NCBI GenBank assembly: GCA_964509835.1
Contig: CAZDZC010000002.1
Location: forward strand, 4,196-68,195
Reading direction: 5' to 3'
DNA: 64,000 bases
DNA from: an uncultured Acidobacteriota bacterium
Lineage (GTDB): Bacteria > Acidobacteriota > G020349885 > CAZDZC01
The number at the start of each line of letters is the position of its first letter. The first letter of the stretch is position 1. Of this stretch, positions 19,629-31,054 are shown in pieces. The translations under genes and the position numbers were made by a program. The notes beneath the pieces were generated by a model. The model ran no database searches and was not told where the DNA came from. It was given only the letters and a program-made list of their open reading frames with translations.

Positions 19629-20459
19629 ATGAGCAGATGGAAAAAAATTACCGATCTCGACCGAAGGTGGATATTTCTGCTTATGGCCCTTGCCGTTTTT
19701 ATTCCCCAGCTATACCCGGTGAACCTGCCCTTTGAGGTTTCCAAACCTGTTCAGGATCTCTATGACAAAATAGAATCCCTTCCCAATGGTTCAAAGGTTC
19801 TTGTCTCTGCTGATTATGACCCCTCTTCTCAGCCCGAACTCCAGCCTTTCTTTAAAGCCTTTCTTCATCACGCCGCGAAAAAAGATCTGAAACTTATTAT
19901 AGTAAGCCTGTGGCCCGCTGCTACATCATTGGTCTTGAACGGGCTGGACGAGGTAACCGTTCAGCAGTATAACAAAGAATACGGAAAAGATTATGTGTAC
20001 CTTGGATACAAAGCCGGCACAGTGCTGGTTATTCTCGGGATGGGTGATGATGTGCATAAAACATTTCCAATGGACTACACGGGGAAAACACCCACTGCTG
20101 ATATGCCTGTAATGAAGGGGATTCAGAATTTGAGCGACTTTGAGGTTATAGTGTCAATATCTGCCGGAAGCGGGGGCACGAAAGAGTATGTGCAGTTTGT
20201 TCAGGCCAGGTATGATCTGGATGTCTGTTCGGCAACAACTGCTGTGAGCGCGCCCGATTACTATGCCTATTATCAGTCGGGACAGCTTTTCGGGCTTGTA
20301 GGAGGAATGAAGGGCTCGGCCGAATATGAAAAGGCTGTCGGAGTTCCGGACCAGGCTGTGAAGGGAATGGATTCACAGAACTTTGCACACGCACTCATAA
20401 TTTTTCTGATAATCCTTACAAATATTATATATTTCACCACGAGAAAGGAGGGGGCATGA
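19629..20459 (+). CDS. Membrane-anchored protein with a large periplasmic domain, unknown function
   Basis: TAAATG junction. N-terminal and C-terminal TM helices flank a ~200-aa soluble domain. Confidence 0.55.
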   Translation: MSRWKKITDLDRRWIFLLMALAVFIPQLYPVNLPFEVSKPVQDLYDKIESLPNGSKVLVSADYDPSSQPELQPFFKAFLHHAAKKDLKLIIVSLWPAATSLVLNGLDEVTVQQYNKEYGKDYVYLGYKAGTVLVILGMGDDVHKTFPMDYTGKTPTADMPVMKGIQNLSDFEVIVSISAGSGGTKEYVQFVQARYDLDVCSATTAVSAPDYYAYYQSGQLFGLVGGMKGSAEYEKAVGVPDQAVKGMDSQNFAHALIIFLIILTNIIYFTTRKEGA

Positions 20460-21184
20460 ATCAGGAAATACTAGGTATCTGGCTTGTTTCATTCCTCACG
20501 GTTTGTATTCTGAGCTTTCTTTACAGGGATAATCCCTTCTATAAGTTTGCAGAGCACCTTTATGTGGGTATTTCCGCGGGCTACTGGACGGTTGTGGACT
20601 ATACCTCGACCATCAAACCCAATCTGATTGACCATCTTATCAACAGGGATGTGTCATACTGGCCGGTATATTTCATCCCTCTTGCCCTGTGTATTATGGT
20701 GTTCACCAAGCTGAACAGGAACTGGTCATGGATGGCAAGATGGCCTCTTGCGTTTGTTCTCGGGGCATTTTCCGGCGCTGCTATTCCTGCAATTGCGGAA
20801 ACGGATATCGTTATCCAGGTAACCTCTACGATGATAAATCTGAGGGAGGGAACATGGTTCAACGCATTCAGCAATCTTGTTCTGATTGTAGGAGTCATTT
20901 GCGCGCTGATGTATTTTTTCTTTTCCAAACCGCACAAAGGAACCCTCGGAGTGGCATCAAGGATCGGAATATGGTTTCTGATGATCTCGTTCGGGGCATC
21001 TTTCGGATACACAGTTATGGCGCGTGTTTCGCTTGCTATCGGCCGTTCACAGGAACTGATTGACAGCAGCGGGCCTGAATCCTTTTATGCCACACCGGTA
21101 TGCGCTCTTATAGTGATTGTCTGTCTTGTGATATTCACGGTGATTAACAAAGACAAGAACGCTCCTGAAACCCCGGGGAACTGA
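20456..21184 (+). CDS. Polytopic membrane protein of unknown function
   Basis: ATGA overlap and an AAAGGAGG RBS. About 6 TM helices. Confidence 0.55.
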   Translation: MNQEILGIWLVSFLTVCILSFLYRDNPFYKFAEHLYVGISAGYWTVVDYTSTIKPNLIDHLINRDVSYWPVYFIPLALCIMVFTKLNRNWSWMARWPLAFVLGAFSGAAIPAIAETDIVIQVTSTMINLREGTWFNAFSNLVLIVGVICALMYFFFSKPHKGTLGVASRIGIWFLMISFGASFGYTVMARVSLAIGRSQELIDSSGPESFYATPVCALIVIVCLVIFTVINKDKNAPETPGN

Positions 21185-21236
21185 ATTTTTCCGTGGATAG
21201 CCGGTTTTCGCCTGATATGGTTTTATCAGGGTATTT

Positions 21237-23894
21237 ATGATTAAACAGAAGACGCTTTACCTGCTGGATTCAACAGCTCAGATTTACCGTGCTTACTTTG
21301 CCGTGAGGGGGCTCACCGGCGCGAACGGAATGTCAACGAACGCTGTTTTCGGTTTTACCCATGTGCTAAAGAGGCTTCTGGATAAATATAAACCCGAGCT
21401 CCTGGGGGCGGTTTTTGATATGCCGGGCAAAACATTCAGGCATGAGATGTATCCTGATTACAAGGCGAACCGGCCGGATATGCCGGATGATCTACAGCCT
21501 CAAATCCCTTACATAATGAAAGTTTGTGAATGTTTTGATATTCCGGTGATTTGCAGGGAGGGTTTTGAAGCTGACGACATAATCGGGACACTTGCTAAAA
21601 AGGCCGAAGCTGAAGAATATAAAGTGATTATTGTGTCCCCCGACAAGGATCTGCTCCAGCTTGTGACCGAAAACACATCGGTGATGAACCTTTCAAAAGA
21701 TGATCTGATGTTCGGGCCCGGTGATGTGGAACATTTTTTTGGGGTAAAGCCCGAGGGCGTTGCGGATGTTCTGGGCATCTGGGGAGATTCATCGGACAAC
21801 ATACCCGGCGTTCCCGGAATAGGCGAGAAAGGCGCAAAGCAGATTGTCAGCGAGTTCAGGACACTTGAAAACGCACTTGACAATCTTGAGAAACTGCCTG
21901 CCCGGCTGGCTTCGAAACTTTCCGAAAACAGGGAAAAGGCTTTTCTGAGCAGGGAACTTGCTCGGATAAAAACAGACATTGATATAACATTTGATCCCGG
22001 TTTGTTGAGTGTCGGGGAACCTCACTGCGGGGAGATATTCGAACTATTCACAGAGCTGAACTTCAAATCCATGCTTGCCGATTATATGCCGGATTCTGAA
22101 ACTGAAAGTGCTGATTACATTCAGATAAAAAATCTGACGGAAGTGGACGAAATTGTTACCCGAATTAAAAAATCCGGTGTTTTTTCGGTAGATCTTGAAA
22201 CCACATCAATTGAGGCTGTTAAAGCGGAAATAGTCGGCATAGCCCTGAGCGTTGCAGAAAAGCAGGGATACTACATTCCGGCGGGTCATCGAAAAGGAGA
22301 TAATCTTGATCTGCTGGAAGTCCTGAACATATTGAAACCGGTTCTGGAAAGCTCTGAAATAGTTAAAATCGGGCAGAACCTGAAGTATGAATATACCGTT
22401 TTCATGAAATACGGAATAGAATTGTCGCTTCCTGTTTTTGACACGATGATAGCTGCCTACCTTCTGAAGCCTTCGGCAACCGCTTATAATCTTGATTCGC
22501 TGGCAGCAGACTATCTGAAATACAAAACAATTAAATACGAAGATGTAGCCAACCCGAAAGGCTCTTTTGCAGACACCGATATTGAAAAAGCTGTTCCGTA
22601 TGCCTGTGAGGATGCCGATATTGCTCTCAGGTTAAAGAATATGTTTGAACCTGAACTCGAGAAAAAAGGACTTATGAAACTGTTCAGAGAAGTGGAAATT
22701 CCGCTTGTCGGGGTTCTTGCCTGTCTTGAATCCCGGGGAATTAAACTGGACAATGATTTTCTTGGTTCAATGAGTATAGAGCTCGGTGAAGAAATTCAGT
22801 CGCTGGAGCAGAGGATATTTAAAGAATCCGGGACTGAATTCAATATTAGTTCTCCCAAGCAGGTCGGGGAAGTGCTTTTTGACAGGCTCGGCCTCAGCTC
22901 CGTAAAGAAAACAAAAAAAGGCAAAGCTCCCTCCACAAGCGTTGATGTGCTTGAGCAGCTCGCATGGTCCCACGATGTCCCGCGCCTGATACTCGAACAC
23001 CGGACCTTGGTTAAGCTCAAGTCCACCTATGTTGACGCGTTGCCGGAACTTGTAAATCCGGCTACCGGAAGGCTTCACACCTCTTTCAACCAGTGTGTCG
23101 CGGCTACAGGGAGGTTGAGCAGCAGCAATCCGAACCTTCAGAACATCCCGATAAGAACGGAAAAAGGAAGGCAGATAAGAAAAGCGTTTATTGCGGAAAA
23201 AGGTTTTCTTCTTGTCGCCGCTGATTATTCTCAGATAGAACTCAGGCTTCTCGCTCATCTTTCCGGCGACAAAGTTATGATAGAGGCATTTGAAAACAAC
23301 GAAGACATTCATGCCCGGACCGCGGCTGAGATGTTCGGAGTGCATCCGGAGCTTGTTTCAAGGGAAATGAGATATCACGCCAAAACGATAAATTTCGGTG
23401 TGATTTACGGAATGGGGGCTTTCTCTCTGTCAAAACAGATCGGTGTTGACATGAAGACAGCAAAACAATTCATTGACAGATATTTCGCGAGATATGAAGG
23501 GGTTAAGGCATTCATGGAAAATTCACTGGAAAAAGCCCGTCAGGAATTGAAAGTTGAAACACTGTTCGGAAGAACGCGCTATTTTCCCGAACTTTCGAAT
23601 AAAAACGCAGGAATCCGCGCCGGAGCGGAAAGGGCGGCTTTCAATACGATTATTCAGGGGACGGCAGCGGATCTGATGAAGATGGCGATGATTAATGTTC
23701 ATAGTTTCATAAAGGGTCTTGAGGACTGTTATATTCTTCTGCAGGTTCATGATGAACTTGTAGCGGAAGTCAGAGAGAACTATATCAGTAAGGCTGGTGA
23801 CGGGATTAAAAATATAATGGAGAATGTTTATAAATTGAAAGTCCCTCTTGTCGCGGATGTAAAGTCCGGCAGGAACTGGCTTGAGATGGAGTGA
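21237..23894 (+). CDS. polA: DNA polymerase I
   Basis: 5'-3' exonuclease N-terminus, 3'-5' exonuclease, and polymerase motifs DYSQIELR, KTINFGVIYG and QVHDELV. Confidence 0.95.
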   Translation: MIKQKTLYLLDSTAQIYRAYFAVRGLTGANGMSTNAVFGFTHVLKRLLDKYKPELLGAVFDMPGKTFRHEMYPDYKANRPDMPDDLQPQIPYIMKVCECFDIPVICREGFEADDIIGTLAKKAEAEEYKVIIVSPDKDLLQLVTENTSVMNLSKDDLMFGPGDVEHFFGVKPEGVADVLGIWGDSSDNIPGVPGIGEKGAKQIVSEFRTLENALDNLEKLPARLASKLSENREKAFLSRELARIKTDIDITFDPGLLSVGEPHCGEIFELFTELNFKSMLADYMPDSETESADYIQIKNLTEVDEIVTRIKKSGVFSVDLETTSIEAVKAEIVGIALSVAEKQGYYIPAGHRKGDNLDLLEVLNILKPVLESSEIVKIGQNLKYEYTVFMKYGIELSLPVFDTMIAAYLLKPSATAYNLDSLAADYLKYKTIKYEDVANPKGSFADTDIEKAVPYACEDADIALRLKNMFEPELEKKGLMKLFREVEIPLVGVLACLESRGIKLDNDFLGSMSIELGEEIQSLEQRIFKESGTEFNISSPKQVGEVLFDRLGLSSVKKTKKGKAPSTSVDVLEQLAWSHDVPRLILEHRTLVKLKSTYVDALPELVNPATGRLHTSFNQCVAATGRLSSSNPNLQNIPIRTEKGRQIRKAFIAEKGFLLVAADYSQIELRLLAHLSGDKVMIEAFENNEDIHARTAAEMFGVHPELVSREMRYHAKTINFGVIYGMGAFSLSKQIGVDMKTAKQFIDRYFARYEGVKAFMENSLEKARQELKVETLFGRTRYFPELSNKNAGIRAGAERAAFNTIIQGTAADLMKMAMINVHSFIKGLEDCYILLQVHDELVAEVRENYISKAGDGIKNIMENVYKLKVPLVADVKSGRNWLEME

Positions 23895-23895
23895 A

Positions 23896-25804
<1,909 letters not shown>

Positions 25805-25805
<1 letters not shown>

Positions 25806-27346
25806 TGGGAACAAAATTTGTTTCCGTAAAACTCCCGCCCGGTTATCGTGACGAGGACATTTATCAGTCTGTTTCAAGAGAACTCGGCATCAGGGAGTTT
25901 TCTTTTCTGATAGACAGAAAAAGCCTCGACAGCCGCAAGAAGAACGATGTCCACTGGCTGCTCAGGGTTCTTGTCTCTTCGGATGAAATCACAGGGAACG
26001 AGCCGCTCGCCTCAGAGCCGGGGCTTCTTGTCCCCGCTTCTGTAAAGGGCAGAAAAGCAGTAGTTGCCGGAAGCGGTCCCGCGGGTTTCTTTTCAGCCTT
26101 TGTTCTGCAAAAAACCGGATATGATGTCATCATTCTCGAAAGAGGAAGCGATGTTGATGCGAGAGCAAAAGGGATAGAGCATTTTGAAAAAACGGCGGAG
26201 TTTCAGCCTCTTTCGAATTACGCGTTCGGCGAAGGGGGAGCGGGAACATTTTCTGACGGAAAGCTGACCTCAAGAACCAAAAAGATCGCTGCTGAGAGAA
26301 GTTTCATAATTGACAGCTATACAGAAGCAGGCGCGCCGGAAGAAATCCGCTGTCTTGCCCACCCGCACATCGGAAGCGACAATCTGAAAACAATTGTGAG
26401 AAACCTGAGGGATAAATTCAAAGAGCTGGGAGGGGAAATCCACTTCGGGACAGCGCTGGAAGGCCTGACTGTAAAAAACGGAACTGTCGAGGAGGCAGTG
26501 ACAGGAAAAGGTTCATTCGGCGCGGATGTTTTTGTCGTTGCGCCGGGGCATTCCGCCTATGACACTTACAGGATGCTGATGAGAAGCGGTGTTCTGTTCA
26601 GAACAAAGAATTTCGCGATCGGCTCAAGAATCGAACATCACCAGGAACTTATAAATGAAGCGCAATGGGGCTGTCCCGGTCTGCCCGGCGTGAAAGCAGC
26701 CGAATACAACCTTACTTTTTCCCCACAACAATTGCCCCCGGCTTACACATTCTGCATGTGCCCCGGCGGAACGGTTGTTCCCGCGACAGCGTTTGACGGT
26801 CAGAGCGTGGTCAACGGCATGAGCCTTTACGCGAGGGACGGAAAATACGCCAACGCAGGGTGTGTTGCCGCCGTTGACCTTGCCCGGATGCTTCATCGCG
26901 AAGTTTCTCCCGCCGAAGCGCTCGAATGGCTGGAATCCCTTGAGAAAAAATTCTACGAATATTCAGACGGATTTGAACTGCCCTGCTGCGGGATGGGGGA
27001 TTTCATAAGCAGAAAAGCACCCGCCAAAACATACGGCTCGTCCTACCCTCTGGGACTGAAAGCTTCTCCGCTCTGGGAACTGCTCCCGGACGACATCTCG
27101 TTGTCCATTTCGGAGGGACTGAAGAACTTCCGCGGGAAGCTCAAAGGTTTTGAAAAAGGCCAGATAATGGGGCTTGAAAGCAAAACCTCCTCGCCGGTCC
27201 AGGCGTTAAGAGAAGAAGACCGAAGCTGCCCCGGATTCCCCAACCTTTACATCTGCGGAGAAGGGAGCGGATACGCGGGCGGCATCATATCCAGCGCGGC
27301 AGACGGAATAAAGACGGCGATGGCAGTCATTCGTAAACACAGTTAA
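25805..27346 (+). CDS. FAD-dependent dehydrogenase (COG2509-like uncharacterised NAD(FAD) oxidoreductase)
   Basis: Dinucleotide-binding motif VVAGSGPAGFFSAF. 513 aa. The 3' end is duplicated 0.8 kb downstream. Confidence 0.7.
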
Positions 27347-27362
27347 GTTTTCAATTGTTTTT
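27291..27362 (+). repeat. Direct repeat copy 1 (3' end of the FAD-dehydrogenase gene plus stop and flank)
   Basis: ~88% identical to 28158-28230 by eye (ccagcgcggcagacggaataaagacggcgatggcagtcattcgtaaacacagttaagttttcaattg). Confidence 0.7.
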
Positions 27363-27469
27363 CCGGTTATAATGTGACAGCCGTGTAAAAATAATAAAAT
27401 AATTGCCAATGCATATGTTATGCGCTATATTATGCACATGGAAATTGTGATATATGCATGGAGAGAAAA

Positions 27470-27667
27470 ATGAGAACAACCTTGGACCTGCCTGAAAACC
27501 TGATAAATGAAGCTATGGCTTTAACAAAAATCAAAACAAAGACAGACCTGATAAAAACAGCTTTGTTAAATCTGATACAGAAGGAAAAAATCAAAAACAT
27601 AAAGAAATACTTCGGGAAATTAGACCTGGACATTGATCTGGACTTAATCAGAGAGCGTTCAGAATGA
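27470..27667 (+). CDS. vapB: VapB-type antitoxin (ribbon-helix-helix or DUF2191-like)
   Basis: MRTTLDLPENLINEAMALT. ATGA overlap with the downstream PIN toxin. AT-rich. RBS GGAGAG. Confidence 0.6.
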   Translation: MRTTLDLPENLINEAMALTKIKTKTDLIKTALLNLIQKEKIKNIKKYFGKLDLDIDLDLIRERSE

Positions 27668-28053
27668 TTCTGGTTGATTCATCCGTCTGGATCGGCTACT
27701 TCAAAGGTGATAAAAGAGCGCTTCCGCTCGATGAACTCATAGATTTAAACGATCTCTGCCTTAATCATCTTATACTTGCTGAATTGATCCCTTCAATCGT
27801 TCAAAAAAAAGAAAATGCCTTAAAAGAATTACTTCTGGCAATTAATACAATCAAAATTACTGTAAATTGGCAGGAGTTGATCGAAATGCAGATCCTCAAC
27901 CTGTCAAAAGGCATAAACAATATCTGCATTGCAGATCTCATCATAGCTCAAAACGCCATGCAGCACGATTTAGAGTTATTTACCCTCGACAGGCATTTTA
28001 AATTGCTGAGTCAGAACCACAAACTCAAGTTATACAAACACTCAATCGCGTGA
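27664..28053 (+). CDS. vapC: VapC PIN-domain toxin
   Basis: MILVDSSVWI is the PIN signature. 129 aa. Confidence 0.75.
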   Translation: MILVDSSVWIGYFKGDKRALPLDELIDLNDLCLNHLILAELIPSIVQKKENALKELLLAINTIKITVNWQELIEMQILNLSKGINNICIADLIIAQNAMQHDLELFTLDRHFKLLSQNHKLKLYKHSIA

Positions 28054-28157
28054 CAGTTAAAAAAATTTAATTATCACAAATCTCGAAATATGATAATTAA
28101 AATATTGCCAGCCCAATGTATCAGACCAAGAAAAAGAATGTATCTAATCTTTTCATC

Positions 28158-28230
28158 CCCAGCGCTGCGGACGGAATAAAGACCGCAATGGCCGTCATTC
28201 ATAAACACAGCTAAGTTTTCAATTAATTTT
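28158..28230 (+). pseudogene. Orphan duplicated 3' fragment of the FAD-dehydrogenase gene (encodes ...SAADGIKTAMAVIHKHS*); att-like scar
   Basis: Matches 27291-27362 including the stop and the downstream gttttcaatt. No upstream ORF in frame. Confidence 0.65.
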
Positions 28231-28288
28231 ATCCTTTTCTTATGCTAGAATAACCCCTGGATATCATTCAGCCGGAAAAATATAAAGG

Positions 28289-28378
28289 AACAAACAATAT
28301 GAAAATCTTGATTGTCTTTAACCGTCAACCATATGACAACACAGATGTCACCTGGAATGGACTGCGACTTGCCGGAAA
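28289..28378 (+). pseudogene. 29-aa remnant of a DsrE/DsrF-like protein N-terminus
   Basis: MKILIVFNRQPYDNTDVTWNGLRLAGKSE* resembles DsrE-family N-termini. It is driven by a TGCTAGAAT promoter and truncated immediately before trmO. Confidence 0.4.
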
Positions 28379-28392
28379 ATCAGAATAAACAT

Positions 28393-28884
28393 ATGCGCAA
28401 TGACGAATTTATATTTAAATCCATCGGGATAATTCATTCCCCCCACAAAGAACTCTCTGAAATCCCGATACAACCGGTCTTCTGCAACAACATTGAAGGC
28501 ACTGTTATCTTAAATGCCGATCTTGCCGACGGACTGCGAAGCCTCCGGGATTTTTCTCACATCTATTTGTTTTACCTCTTCCATAAATCCCCGAAGACCT
28601 CCTTGCTGGTAAAGCCGTATCTTGCGGAACAGGAACACGGTATCTTCGCTACCCGCGCGCCCCATCGCCCCAATAAACTTGGAATGAGCCTTGTCCGATT
28701 AACAAAAATCGAGAGCAACATTCTTCATGTCAAAGATGTTGATATCCTGGATGGCACGCCCTTGCTCGATATCAAACCTTACATAAAACGATTCGACTCA
28801 AGAGAAGATGTCAAGTCAGGATGGCAGGACGATGTTTCCGACAGCATTGCTTCCATTAAAGGGTTAAGGGATTTCAAGAAATAA
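28393..28884 (+). CDS. trmO: tRNA (adenine37-N6)-methyltransferase TrmO/TsaA (YaeB-like)
   Basis: FKSIGIIHSP, RPNKLGMSLVRL and LDGTPLLDIKPY motifs. Start taken at the internal ATG; the track start is TTG. Confidence 0.8.
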   Translation: MRNDEFIFKSIGIIHSPHKELSEIPIQPVFCNNIEGTVILNADLADGLRSLRDFSHIYLFYLFHKSPKTSLLVKPYLAEQEHGIFATRAPHRPNKLGMSLVRLTKIESNILHVKDVDILDGTPLLDIKPYIKRFDSREDVKSGWQDDVSDSIASIKGLRDFKK

Positions 28885-29024
28885 AACGCGTGTAACAACG
28901 CGTTACGCCTGCTTTTAAAATCGCGTTTTCCGGCGGATAAGTTCAAATGTTAATTTTCCCGCGGGATTATGCTAGAATACCCCCGCGATATTATTCGGAA
29001 CGAGGAGAAAAGGAGAGTAATCCC

Positions 29025-29696
29025 ATGCGAAAAGCCATAATCTTGCTGATGTTTTGCGTGCTTTGCGTTGCCGTTTTCGCAGAAACACTGAAGACAGTTG
29101 AAGAAACGAAAAAGCCGGGCGATAAGTTTGGCGAGTTTACCGATGTTCGCAGCGGGAAAAAATATAAGACTGTAAAGATAGGCAACCAGGTCTGGATGGC
29201 GGAGAACCTGGCGTATAAAGATGAAAGCGGTTGCTGGGCGTATGACAACGATGAAAACAACGCAAGGACATACGGATATCTGTATGACTGGGAAACAGCA
29301 TGCAAGGTATGCCCAAAGGGCTGGCACCTGCCGAGTGATAAGGAGTGGAAACAACTGGAGATGGCGCTGGGGATGAGAAGGAGCGAAGCGGATGAACCTT
29401 TATATCGCGGAAGGCCTGTGGGGACGAAAATGAAAAGCACGAGTGGATGGAACGACAGTGTACGGAACGACAATGGAAACGGGACAAACGAGAGCGGGTT
29501 TGCCGGCCTGCCCGGCGGTTATCGCATCAACAATGGCCTTTTCTACGACATCGGCAACTACGGCTACTGGTGGAGTTCTACGCAGGGCAGTAGTAATTAC
29601 GCGTGGTACCGCGAACTGAACTACAGTAACGCCGATGTGTACAGGTACTTCAGCGATAAGCAAATTGCGCTCTCTGTTCGTTGCGTCAGGGATTGA
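29025..29696 (+). CDS. Fibrobacter succinogenes major paralogous domain (TIGR02145) secreted protein, paralog 1
   Basis: Signal peptide, then FTDVRSGKKYKTVKIGNQVWMAENLAY...CPKGWHLPSDKEWKQLE...GYWWSST...SVRCVRD. Own TGCTAGAAT promoter and conserved leader. Confidence 0.8.
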   Translation: MRKAIILLMFCVLCVAVFAETLKTVEETKKPGDKFGEFTDVRSGKKYKTVKIGNQVWMAENLAYKDESGCWAYDNDENNARTYGYLYDWETACKVCPKGWHLPSDKEWKQLEMALGMRRSEADEPLYRGRPVGTKMKSTSGWNDSVRNDNGNGTNESGFAGLPGGYRINNGLFYDIGNYGYWWSSTQGSSNYAWYRELNYSNADVYRYFSDKQIALSVRCVRD

Positions 29697-29717
29697 CTAT
29701 TTGACAATTTGGGATAT

Positions 29718-29760
29718 GGGGCGGAAAAATCATTCCGCCGCATGGGGAAATGACTAAACC
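29718..29760. repeat. Two-unit version of the 21-bp A/B repeat downstream of paralog 1
   Basis: ggaaaaatcattccgccgcat followed by ggggaaatgactaaaccac. Confidence 0.6.
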
Positions 29761-29826
29761 ACAGGCGTTATGTGCGAAAATAATGAGGCAAACAAAATAA
29801 ATCAATGAAAGATGCTATAATCAGAT

Positions 29827-30078
29827 ATGGGCAAAAGACATAAAATATTAAAGAAAGTTATTTCAGGCTCAAAAAACATAAAATTTTCCGAGATAACTTC
29901 ATTGGCGGAAGGGTTTGGTTTTACATTGGATCGTATTAGCGGAAGCCATCATATATTCATACATCCCGAGATTACAGAGATAATCAATTTACAAGACATA
30001 AAAGGCGATGTAAAACCATATCAAATGAAACAATTGCTCAAAATTATCGAGAAATACAATTTAATCCTGGAGGAGTAG
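29827..30078 (+). CDS. hicA: HicA-family mRNA interferase toxin
   Basis: GSHHIFIHP motif. 83 aa. AT-rich. Confidence 0.65.
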   Translation: MGKRHKILKKVISGSKNIKFSEITSLAEGFGFTLDRISGSHHIFIHPEITEIINLQDIKGDVKPYQMKQLLKIIEKYNLILEE

Positions 30079-30079
30079 C

Positions 30080-30298
30080 ATGAAAGACTATCATATAAAT
30101 GTTTTTTTCAGTGATGAGGATGAAGGCTATATTGCGGATATTCCGGATCTTGCGCATTGTTCCGCTTTCGGGGAAACGCCTGAGGAAGCCCTTATTGAAG
30201 TATTAAAAGCAAAACAGGCATGGCTCGAATCCGCCAGAAAGCAGAAAAAACCTATCCCGAAACCTAATTATCGTCCCGCAATATATCAAACGGCGTGA
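30080..30298 (+). CDS. hicB: HicB-family antitoxin
   Basis: Starts 1 nt after the hicA stop. UPF0150/HicB-like pattern (DEDEGYIADIPDLAHCSAFGETPEEAL). Confidence 0.6.
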   Translation: MKDYHINVFFSDEDEGYIADIPDLAHCSAFGETPEEALIEVLKAKQAWLESARKQKKPIPKPNYRPAIYQTA

Positions 30299-30362
30299 TA
30301 AAACACATGACAAACCAATCCCCGCGATATTATTCGGAATGAAGAGAAAAGGAGAACAGCCT

Positions 30363-31028
30363 ATGAGAAAAGCCATTATCTTGCTGATGTTCTGCGTCCT
30401 TTGCGTTTCTGTTTTCGCAGAAACACTGAAGACAGTTGACGAAAAGAAAAAGCCGGGCGATAAGTTTGGCGAATTCACAGATGCTCGTGACGGGAAGGTA
30501 TATAAAACCGTCAAAATCGGCAATCAGGTCTGGATGGCAGAGAACCTGGCGTATAAAACTGAAAGCGGTTGCTGGGCGTATGATGACGATGAAAATAATG
30601 TGAAGAATTACGGTTATCTTTACGACTGGGAAACAGCGTGCAGCGTATGTCCAGAGGGTTGGCACCTGCCGAGCGATGAGGAATGGAAGCAACTCGAAAT
30701 GGCGCTGGGAATGAGCAGGAGCGAAGCAGATAAAAGCAAATCTAAAAAATATAGAGGAAGGTCAGTGGGGTCAAAAATGAAAAACACGAGCGGTTGGGAA
30801 GAAAATGGAAACGGGACGAATAGTAGCGGGTTTACCGGTTTGCCCGGCGGTTGGCGCAACAAAGATGGTAATTTCTACCGCATCGGCAGCAACGGCAGCT
30901 GGTGGAGTTCTTCGGAGGCCAGTAGTGATGACGCGTGGCAACGCTTACTGAGCTGCGGTGGCGCCGATGTGGGCAGGTACGACGGCAATAGGCGCAGTGC
31001 TTTCTCCGTTCGTTGCGTCAGGGATTGA
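30363..31028 (+). CDS. TIGR02145 (Fib_succ_major) secreted protein, paralog 2
   Basis: Same domain architecture and conserved leader. No promoter copy of its own; it follows hicB directly. Confidence 0.8.
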   Translation: MRKAIILLMFCVLCVSVFAETLKTVDEKKKPGDKFGEFTDARDGKVYKTVKIGNQVWMAENLAYKTESGCWAYDDDENNVKNYGYLYDWETACSVCPEGWHLPSDEEWKQLEMALGMSRSEADKSKSKKYRGRSVGSKMKNTSGWEENGNGTNSSGFTGLPGGWRNKDGNFYRIGSNGSWWSSSEASSDDAWQRLLSCGGADVGRYDGNRRSAFSVRCVRD

Positions 31029-31054
31029 CTATTTGACAATTTGGGATATGGGGC

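Noticed and set aside
28947-29024. N-terminal extensions of the TIGR02145 ORFs in the track (28947, 30339, 32103 starts)
   Set aside because: The extensions read through the promoter and leader. The conserved RBS (AAGGAGA) and signal peptide begin at the internal ATG (29025, 30363, 32127).
29805-29826. Apparent extended -10 (TGcTATAA) upstream of hicA
   Set aside because: Only partial. My reading of the bases around 29821 was inconsistent with the ORF-track frame by one nucleotide, so I do not trust a promoter call here.
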